A stretch of DNA of 55,589 nt from a plasmid: sequence record NZ_CP025692.1; one strand, given 5' to 3'. The translations under genes and the position numbers were made by a program. This document shows positions 48,394-55,589 of this stretch, piece by piece. The notes below the pieces were generated by a model that saw only the letters and a program-made list of their open reading frames with translations, did no database searches and was not told the DNA's origin. The first letter of the stretch is position 1, and each line of letters starts with the position of its first letter.

Positions 48394-49344
48394 TTAGTAC
48401 CAGCCATTAGCAAGCCAGTAACTCTTGGCGTTGCTCCATGAACCATAACGTGAAGCAACATATCTGTTAGCAACACGTTCTTGGTTGGCAGCGGAGTAGT
48501 CACCGTTTAAGTATGAAGCACTTAATTGGTACTTACCGAAGTATTGACCGTTACGAGCAGAATATGAACCACCAGATTCTTTACCAGCAATCCAAGCCTT
48601 AGCAGCACTATCAGAACCATTGTTGCTATAGTTTGATGTTGAAACCAGACGTTGAGTCGTCGTCTGAGCAGCAGGTTTGCTAGTTTGTGTTTGACTTGAT
48701 TGGGTCTGGCTAGCTTGGCTCGGTTGAGTTTGAGTTTGACTAGTCTGAGCTGATAATTGTGTCGTGGTCGTTTGTTGAGTCGTCTGTGTTGAAGTCGTTG
48801 AGGTTGTTGAAGCTGTTGATGATGCAGCTGAGCTAGTAGCACTTGATGAAGCTTGACTAGTGGTTGCAGCAGAACTTGAAGCTTGGCTAGCAGCTGATTG
48901 CGTTGAGCTTGCTGAAGAAGCAGCACTCGTTGCAACACTTGAAGTAGCTTGGCTAGCAGCTGAAGAAGTAGCAGCAGAACTAGTAGCTTGGCTAGCAACT
49001 GATTGTGAAGAAGCACTAGTAGCACTGGCACTCGTTGCAGTTGAAGCAGCTGAAGAAGTAGCTTGGCTAGTTGCTGATTGTGGTGCAGCACTTGTAGCAG
49101 CAGAAGTCGTGGTTGTTGTAGTAGTACCATTGACTTCAAGCTTATCACCAATGAAGATTAAGTTAACATTAGCTAACTTGTTTGCCTTTTCAATGGCTGA
49201 AACTGAAGTGTTGTGAGCTTGGGCAATTGCTGAAACAGTATCGCCGGCCTTAACAGTATAAGTATCAGCGTTGGCAACCGTTGTTGAGATAGCGAATAAA
49301 GCTAATGCAGCAGTTGATGATAATACAAGGTTTTTGATTTTCAT
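48394..49344 (-). CDS. secreted LysM-domain protein with Ser/Thr/Ala/Gln-rich linker and a C-terminal transglycosylase-like domain
   Basis: Signal peptide, LysM ([15 protein letters not shown]...), low-complexity linker, and C-terminal ...[26 protein letters not shown]... Confidence 0.8.
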   Translation of the reverse strand: MKIKNLVLSSTAALALFAISTTVANADTYTVKAGDTVSAIAQAHNTSVSAIEKANKLANVNLIFIGDKLEVNGTTTTTTTSAATSAAPQSATSQATSSAASTATSASATSASSQSVASQATSSAATSSAASQATSSVATSAASSASSTQSAASQASSSAATTSQASSSATSSAASSTASTTSTTSTQTTQQTTTTQLSAQTSQTQTQPSQASQTQSSQTQTSKPAAQTTTQRLVSTSNYSNNGSDSAAKAWIAGKESGGSYSARNGQYFGKYQLSASYLNGDYSAANQERVANRYVASRYGSWSNAKSYWLANGWY

Positions 49345-49810
49345 AATAATTAATACACCCTCCTATAATTTGCGTGTGTTCGATTATTTACATATATTTT
49401 CTATTGGTCGAGCAGTTGATGTCTCAACCAATCAACAGTGACTAGTATAACTAGTGAGTGTTTGCAGTGCAATAATCAGAACATTACGTTTTTAGGGGGT
49501 GCTTGTAATATAAGGTCGTTTTTGTAATGAATTGTAATATTTGGTAGATTGTATCAACATTATTAGAATAAAAGTAGCGGGATAAATATTTCACGACCAA
49601 ATAGTATCTAATCTATACGTTCAACACCAAGCAATCACACACCACAACACAGCACACCGTATAGACCCTTTAAAACGTCTTCTAAGCGATTTCAAGGTGC
49701 ATTGCTTATTATAATATATATACCCAAGCATAATAAAACGTCTTAAAACCGATTTTAACGTAATAAAAACCAGCAAGCTACTTAGTGTAATCTGCTGGCC
49801 TATTTTTTAT

Positions 49811-50074
49811 TTAATTACAAAGGCTCATCACTGATTGATAACCTAACAACCTTATTAATTCATCAATTAAATCATTTTTCCTATATCCATGGGCTAAAGA
49901 AGTAGCCAAAGAGCACGGTCTAAAATTTAACTCACGATAAAGTTGTTCTAAAACAGTTAATATTTTTGAATCAATGTTTGAAATACTACTTTTCGGTTGT
50001 CCACCCATAGAAGTAATCATTTTTTGTACTAAATCTTTTGTTATCATTTGCTGTATTGAATTGTCTAATTCCAT
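49811..50074 (-). CDS. hypothetical 87-aa protein
   Basis: Followed by a terminator hairpin at 50106-50138. No family recognised. A bacteriocin-immunity-like role is only a guess. Confidence 0.3.
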   Translation of the reverse strand: MELDNSIQQMITKDLVQKMITSMGGQPKSSISNIDSKILTVLEQLYRELNFRPCSLATSLAHGYRKNDLIDELIRLLGYQSVMSLCN

Positions 50075-50281
50075 AGTAATTCTCCTAAATATTTTTTCAC
50101 TAAAAAAACCGCTTAATATTCACACTAAGCGGTTCCTTACTTAGGAGAATATCAATCTACATTGAAGCACGTTGCAAGGCTTCCCTTGTACGTTGCTGTC
50201 GGGTCATTGTGTGTAGCCACTAACCGAACTCTCGATACTCAAACGATTTCTTTAATTAAAAGTAGTATAACATAGCTATTC

Positions 50282-51324
50282 GGTAGATTGCAAATTTAAT
50301 CCGAATTTTTGGACAAATTTGTCAGCATAACCTGATACGGTGTTTGCCAATCGAGTATTTTAAGCGGTCGCTGGTTAATTTGAAGTAACGTCGTCGTTAA
50401 ATCTTGAGCACTAATGTGCTCAAAACGAGTCCCTTTAGGATAAAAATAACGTAAATTCCGATTAAAGCGTTCATTACTACCACGTTCAGCTGGCGTATAA
50501 GCATGGCAGTAATAGGTCTTAATACCATATTGTGATTCAAGTGATACTAGCCCACTAAACTCAGTGCCACGGTCCACAGTAAAGCTGTGCACCGGACCAT
50601 TAAAAGTGGTTAGGAACTTAGTTAGTGCTTCATTAACAGTCGCTGTCGTCCGATCTTTTAACCGGTATGCCCAAAGGAACCGTGATTTGCGATCGATTAA
50701 AGTTAATAAAACTGCCTTACTATGCCCACGAGGACCAACGACTGTATCTAGTTCAAAATCGCCGATGCGCTTACGTTGATTAATCATCATGGGACGCTGT
50801 TCAATTGATCGCCCCAAAGATTGATTATATTTGGATCGTTGGTCAACGTTACGCCGTTGGCGTACGCCACGTTCAGGTAGATCATTCAAGGAGAAACCAA
50901 TTCTCCCCTGATTTAGCCAATTATAAATAGATTTAGTCGCTAGTTTAAATTCGTGAGCAATCCTTCCTGGTGACCAGCTTAGACGTAAATGGTTGAGAAT
51001 TTTTTGCTTTAACTCATCGCTTAGCTTAGTTTTCCGACCACATCGTGATCGCTTGTATTCGGCATCTGTTTGTGCTAATTCAGCCTGATAAGGTTGACAT
51101 CGAGATAATTCATAAGAAATTGTTGACGGTGATCGGTTCAGCCGAACGCCCATTTGGATATTGGACAGCCCTAGTTCACAAAAGGTTTCGATTTTAATTC
51201 GTTCGGAATAGGTTATACTAGACAAAAGATCAGCTCCTAAAAGATGGGTTTGTGGTAAACACCATTTTAAAGGAAGCTGATCTTTTTTGTCCGAACAGCG
51301 TTCGGATTAATTTTACAATCTACC
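50282..51324 (-). mobile_element. ISLpl1-like IS30-family element #1 (1043 bp)
   Basis: IRs GGTAGATTGCAAATTTAATCCGAAT and GTTCGGATTAATTTTACAATCTACC. A hairpin lies inside the right end. Confidence 0.9.
50296..51225 (-). CDS. IS30-family transposase
   Basis: 309 aa with HTH plus DDE core. Its C-terminus is identical to the remnant at 12152-12448. Confidence 0.9.
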   Translation of the reverse strand: MSSITYSERIKIETFCELGLSNIQMGVRLNRSPSTISYELSRCQPYQAELAQTDAEYKRSRCGRKTKLSDELKQKILNHLRLSWSPGRIAHEFKLATKSIYNWLNQGRIGFSLNDLPERGVRQRRNVDQRSKYNQSLGRSIEQRPMMINQRKRIGDFELDTVVGPRGHSKAVLLTLIDRKSRFLWAYRLKDRTTATVNEALTKFLTTFNGPVHSFTVDRGTEFSGLVSLESQYGIKTYYCHAYTPAERGSNERFNRNLRYFYPKGTRFEHISAQDLTTTLLQINQRPLKILDWQTPYQVMLTNLSKNSD

Positions 51325-51392
51325 ACTTATTCTCTGGTATACTGAACCTGAATAATAGTTGCCAAAATCAGTACAGGCATTAAAAGATCTTA

Positions 51393-52559
51393 TTAATTAT
51401 AGTTATACTTAATTAATATTGTTAGAACACCTATTGTGAAAACACTAAAGACACTACCTGCAATGCCCAAACCGCTTAAGCCTACAGTGGCCACGACATA
51501 TCCTCCAATTGCAGATCCGGTAGCAACTCCAACATTTGAAAAAATTGAATTAAAAGAAGAAGCTAAAACCAATGATTGGGGATAATTTTGTTTGGCAATA
51601 TCCATGTAATACAATTGCATGGGTGAGTTAGAAATAGACATTGTTAAAGCCATTATGAGAATGGCACTGATTTTTAGCCATGTTAAATTTCCACTTATGA
51701 ATATAAGAAAGATACTAATAGCTTGAAGAATAAAAAATTTTTTTAAATTGCGTTTCCATTTCATGTTTGCTACACGCCCACTCACTTGGTTGCTTACCAA
51801 TCCACATAGTCCGTACAAAAATAGAACAATTATGACATTATTGTGGGAGAAACTTAACTCTTTAATTAATATTGGCTTCAAATAGGTATAAATGATATAA
51901 ATGGCACTAAAATTAAAGACCGGGACCAGAATACCCCAGATGATTCTTTTGTCTTTTAAGATAGCTAACTGTTTGAATATATTATGTGTTCCATTTTGTG
52001 TTAAATTATGAGGTAGCAAATAGAAAACTACGATAGTAATAAAGACTGAGGCAAAAAAAATTGTCCAAAAAGTTAATCGCCAGTTAAGGTTATCACTTAT
52101 CCAAGTACCTAAAGGTACGCCAAAAACTGAAGCGATACTGAAGCCTGAGAACACCCAAGATATTAGCCAAGCTCTTTTTCTCTGAGGAGCAATTGCAGCT
52201 GCAAAGGTAACAGCAGTCGACATCAGAGGCCCAGATGATAGGGCTGTTATAATTCTACTCATAAGTAGTACATTAAAATTACTAGCCATAGCTGTCAATA
52301 AGTTTCCAAATGAAAAAATCAGCATAAAAAAGAGCATAACTTTATGCAAAGCGATACTACCAATAGATAAGTTAATTATTGGTGTTGCAACTGCATAAAC
52401 GATTGCAAATATGGTTACGAGTGCCCCAATGTCTGCGATAGAAACTCTAAAATCTGTCGATAAATTATTTATAATTCCTATTATAATAAATTGACTCAAA
52501 CCCATTGTGAACGTTAGAAATGTTAATAATATGCATTGAAGGTTGATTTTCTTTTTCAT
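51393..52559 (-). CDS. MFS transporter (12 TMS)
   Basis: 388 aa. A 5' paralogous fragment is at 45068-45186. Confidence 0.8.
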   Translation of the reverse strand: MKKKINLQCILLTFLTFTMGLSQFIIIGIINNLSTDFRVSIADIGALVTIFAIVYAVATPIINLSIGSIALHKVMLFFMLIFSFGNLLTAMASNFNVLLMSRIITALSSGPLMSTAVTFAAAIAPQRKRAWLISWVFSGFSIASVFGVPLGTWISDNLNWRLTFWTIFFASVFITIVVFYLLPHNLTQNGTHNIFKQLAILKDKRIIWGILVPVFNFSAIYIIYTYLKPILIKELSFSHNNVIIVLFLYGLCGLVSNQVSGRVANMKWKRNLKKFFILQAISIFLIFISGNLTWLKISAILIMALTMSISNSPMQLYYMDIAKQNYPQSLVLASSFNSIFSNVGVATGSAIGGYVVATVGLSGLGIAGSVFSVFTIGVLTILIKYNYN

Positions 52560-52658
52560 ATGACCACCTTATTAAGAGATACACTAAAAAAGTTATATAA
52601 AAAGCCAATTTTTTGATTAACATCAAATGAAAAATGTTATCAAAAAGTTGGCTTTTTC

Positions 52659-53675
52659 CTACCGATTATGTGCAATTAAATCATGTAACTGTTTAAAATC
52701 AGGGATAAGATCATAAGCGTGAGTTTTGGCTTCCATGACCGCGTTTATTTGTTGTTTAATCCTTTCGGTATCTTCCTCATCGGTATAACTAACCCAGTTG
52801 ATATGCTCTAGCCAATCAAAGTAAGCGTGCTTACCTTTCCCATAACTGTTTCCCATTAGTAAACAAGGTGTTCCAGTTAAAACTGAGAATACCATTGCGT
52901 GCCATCGATCAGTAATAATTAACTTTTGACCTGAAAATAGGCTTAATTCTTTTCTGAATAATTTTTCACGGGTATTAGGTGTAATAGTTTTAACCGTATC
53001 TAAAACAGTATCCGTAAATTCAATAGGTTGGTAGGCTCTCAGCAAAGCCTTCATGTTTTGGATAACCTTATCTTTGACGACTTTTTCAGCGTCCCGTCTG
53101 AGAACAAATAGTGACCCTTGACGCTTCAATTTTGGGAATTTCTTAGATTGCATATATAAAACCATATCAGGTGTAAAAATGACTTTATTGTTGAAAGTAG
53201 TCTGCATTCTATGGTAACTTTGTGCATCTCGAGCTACTAGAACTAAATTGGGGTTTTTTTGGTAAGCCTCTTGACTTAACTTTTGTTCATAAAGTCCAGC
53301 TTCATTGTCTTCAAAATGAATAGACTGTGGGAATGAGATGATTAGGTTATCAGTAAAAGTTGAAAATACTTTTCGGCGTGCTCGCTCGTGATTAAGATAA
53401 AGATTTCCCATGTTTCCACCACCAGTAAAGGCAACAATATCTTGTTTAGTTATACATTGCTTAACAACTGGAATAGCCGCATCATCATCTTCCTCTACTA
53501 TTTCAATATATTGGTAATCTGGAAACTCAGCTTCAATATATTTTCGTTCGGCTAATGATATTGCCTGGTCACCAAGATTGGTATAGCTAGGAACACCAAA
53601 CATAAAAAATTTTGGCTGATTATTTTTAGGCAATTCGTGTACAACGTTATTAGGATTGATATAAAAGTTAGCCAT
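52659..53675 (-). CDS. polysaccharide pyruvyl transferase family protein
   Basis: NLGDQAISLAE, FTGGGNMGN and TDRWHAMVFSVLTGTPCL motifs. Confidence 0.65.
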   Translation of the reverse strand: MANFYINPNNVVHELPKNNQPKFFMFGVPSYTNLGDQAISLAERKYIEAEFPDYQYIEIVEEDDDAAIPVVKQCITKQDIVAFTGGGNMGNLYLNHERARRKVFSTFTDNLIISFPQSIHFEDNEAGLYEQKLSQEAYQKNPNLVLVARDAQSYHRMQTTFNNKVIFTPDMVLYMQSKKFPKLKRQGSLFVLRRDAEKVVKDKVIQNMKALLRAYQPIEFTDTVLDTVKTITPNTREKLFRKELSLFSGQKLIITDRWHAMVFSVLTGTPCLLMGNSYGKGKHAYFDWLEHINWVSYTDEEDTERIKQQINAVMEAKTHAYDLIPDFKQLHDLIAHNR

Positions 53676-53696
53676 ATTATTTTCCTCCTTCTAATT

Positions 53697-55067
53697 TTAT
53701 TTGCTGGAACTTTCCTGATAGGATTTTTTCATTTTCTCTTGATTAATAACAGTCAAGGAAAGAAATAAACTGCACCCATTTGTTATGGCAAATACAAAAA
53801 AGACAGTGGCTGTTCCTAAAGCATTAATTAGCAATGGGTAAACTAAGCTAATTGAAAAATTAGTGATCCATGTGGTTGCTGTAGCAATTGACATAAATCT
53901 AGCTTTGACACTATTAGGGAACATTTCTGCCATAATCAACCAAGTAACAGGGCTAACAATACCTTGATGGTTCGCTAGAAATAGGACAAGCATTGCTAGA
54001 ACCAAAGTATTTGTAACTACCTGTGGCAGCATGTTTGTGTGCATAATAACCCCTAACAACGCTAAGAAGATAATATTACCCATTAACCCAATTTTTAACA
54101 TTTTCAGATGGTTGTGATTGGCAATCATTCTGGTTCCAAAGATACTAGCGATGACAGATGTTAAGCCGATTAGTATATTCGCATACAAAGAACCCCGTTC
54201 TCCCATACCAACCTTTTCTAACAAGATAGTGCCATAATACATAACTGTATTAATACCCGATACTTGTTGAATCAAGGCAATAACGATTCCAATCAAGAGT
54301 AAGTAGACTAATCGTTTATTCGAAAAGATTTGGTTCCAAGTGAGCTTTGTCTCTGTTTTGATATTCTTTTTACGCCCATCAATGATCCTGTTAGCAGTTT
54401 GTTTTTTGAATCCTAGTCGATGAGCTAAATTACGTGCTCTTTTTAAATGCCCTCTTTGTACTAACCAGTTAGGACTCCCAGCAATATTGAATGAATTAAT
54501 CCATAAGATAATAGAGGGGACACATGCCATTAAAATCATAACGCGCCAAATTGGATCCCAGTTACCCCATAGACTGCCTAAAAGGGCATTCATAATAAAC
54601 GCTAATAGTTGTCCTAAAACGATAAAAATTGCATTCTTATTGACGTTGCTAGTACGAACTTCTTTTGGGGATATTTCTGCAAGATACATTGGAGAAAGAC
54701 TTGAGGCAGCACCAACAGCTAGTCCCAGGATAAACCTAAATGTGGTCATAAAGATATAATTGAGTGATAATGCGCAACATACAGTTGCCAGTGTAAAGAT
54801 AACTGCAACCCAACGAAGTGTAACCTTTCTGCCATATTTATCAGCATATTTTCCACATAGGAATGCACCAAGGCAAGCCCCTAAGACTAAAGAGCTTGAC
54901 ACGATTCCCTGACGGGAAGGAGTTAGATTTAATTGGCTAGCCTTGCTCATAAAAGCCAAAGCTCCATTGATAACACCAGTATCATACCCAAATAGGAATC
55001 CTCCCAAAGATATGACGTAAACACTGTAATTTAATAATCCATATTTTCTTCCACTTCTATTTTGCAT
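53697..55067 (-). CDS. MFS sugar porter family transporter
   Basis: GFLFGYDTGVINGA sugar-transporter signature. Start taken at MQNRSGRKYG, not the upstream hydrophobic extension at 55187. Confidence 0.85.
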   Translation of the reverse strand: MQNRSGRKYGLLNYSVYVISLGGFLFGYDTGVINGALAFMSKASQLNLTPSRQGIVSSSLVLGACLGAFLCGKYADKYGRKVTLRWVAVIFTLATVCCALSLNYIFMTTFRFILGLAVGAASSLSPMYLAEISPKEVRTSNVNKNAIFIVLGQLLAFIMNALLGSLWGNWDPIWRVMILMACVPSIILWINSFNIAGSPNWLVQRGHLKRARNLAHRLGFKKQTANRIIDGRKKNIKTETKLTWNQIFSNKRLVYLLLIGIVIALIQQVSGINTVMYYGTILLEKVGMGERGSLYANILIGLTSVIASIFGTRMIANHNHLKMLKIGLMGNIIFLALLGVIMHTNMLPQVVTNTLVLAMLVLFLANHQGIVSPVTWLIMAEMFPNSVKARFMSIATATTWITNFSISLVYPLLINALGTATVFFVFAITNGCSLFLSLTVINQEKMKKSYQESSSK

Positions 55068-55234
55068 AGCCAATTTGTCCACTTCTTTCAGCTTGTTAAT
55101 AATTAGAGTGGCTTTACATGAAATTAAAGTAAAACATTTATAAAAAAAGCCAATTACTACAGTAATTGACCAGCCAATAACAACCATGGATTCATTTAAA
55201 AGATTGTTAAAAAGTTTAACATATAGGAAAAAAT

Positions 55235-55483
55235 TTATCTTGTGCTACGACTTAAAAAGAAAGAAACTACTGCAACAACAATTACTGCTCCAATAATTGA
55301 AGGAATAATTGCCATTCCGGCTAATTGAGGGCCCCAAGATCCGAGTATAGCTTCTCCAATAGAGGAACCAACTAATCCGGCAACAATATTAGCAATCCAC
55401 CCCATTGATTTTCCTTTGCTAGTAATTGCTCCAGCAATAGCACCAATGATGGCACCAATAATTAAAACCCATAACCAATGCAT
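55235..55483 (-). CDS. GlsB/YeaQ/YmgE-family small membrane stress protein
   Basis: 82 aa, Gly/Ala-rich TMS (IIGAIIGAIAGAI...). Confidence 0.7.
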   Translation of the reverse strand: MHWLWVLIIGAIIGAIAGAITSKGKSMGWIANIVAGLVGSSIGEAILGSWGPQLAGMAIIPSIIGAVIVVAVVSFFLSRSTR

Positions 55484-55589
55484 AAAACATCATCCTCTCT
55501 TATTTTTCGAAGGATGTTTTTTAGATTTGTTATAGTTTTGAATTTCTTTAAAAATGGCTAATAAAAGTTGAGATATAGAAATGATAATT

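Noticed and set aside
48522-49216. Long overlapping ORFs (209 aa minus, 118 aa plus) inside the LysM gene
   Set aside because: They are alternative-frame and antisense readings of the Ser/Thr/Ala/Gln-rich low-complexity linker (Leu/Gln-rich and Ala/Val/Glu-rich translations). These are compositional artefacts.
55068-55187. Upstream extension of the sugar-porter ORF (MVVIGWSITVV...)
   Set aside because: The hydrophobic 40-aa extension has no counterpart in sugar porters. The internal ATG at 55067 gives the usual N-terminus before GYDTGV.
1-55589. tRNA, rRNA or CRISPR-Cas genes
   Set aside because: No cloverleaf-compatible 70 to 90-nt segments with conserved T-loop or D-loop, no rRNA-like conserved tracts, and no repeat-spacer arrays or cas-like ORFs were seen.

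Overview
This 55.6-kb window is low-GC, Lactobacillaceae-like DNA with the look of a mosaic plasmid or integrated plasmid, heavily reworked by insertion sequences. It holds one IS3 element, two IS5/IS427-group copies, two different IS30 elements, one IS110 element, and many IS fragments and scars. The plasmid backbone is a type-Ib parA/parC partition locus with an iteron array, a MOBQ-type relaxase gene with an RSF1010-like oriT core, and a decayed conjugation-gene block (VirB6-like protein, topoisomerase III, ArdC-like protein). Cargo genes are a mntH fragment, corA, a cation:proton antiporter, a ClC channel with a TrkA-C domain, kup, and an nrdI-nrdE-nrdF-nrdF operon with NrdR boxes. Further cargo is a KgtP-like transporter/hydratase/LDH-like dehydrogenase operon behind an Ile-rich leader-peptide attenuator, two serine recombinases, a marR gene, a LysM/Ser-Thr-rich transglycosylase-like protein, and an MFS/pyruvyl-transferase/sugar-porter block. 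Most interesting are: (i) an FRG-domain protein and an eRF1-domain-2-like (baeRF/Vms1-like) protein, separated only by an IS3 scar; (ii) an operon of an MFS transporter, an HD phosphohydrolase and a divergent S-adenosylhomocysteine-hydrolase-fold protein; (iii) three diverged copies of an Fst-like type I toxin/sRNA module; (iv) a metal-ligand-free, Tyr-less NrdF paralogue inside the nrd operon; (v) a GC-rich structured non-coding segment next to a stand-alone BRCT gene. Nothing here was checked against databases. All calls come from reading the sequence and recalling family signatures.
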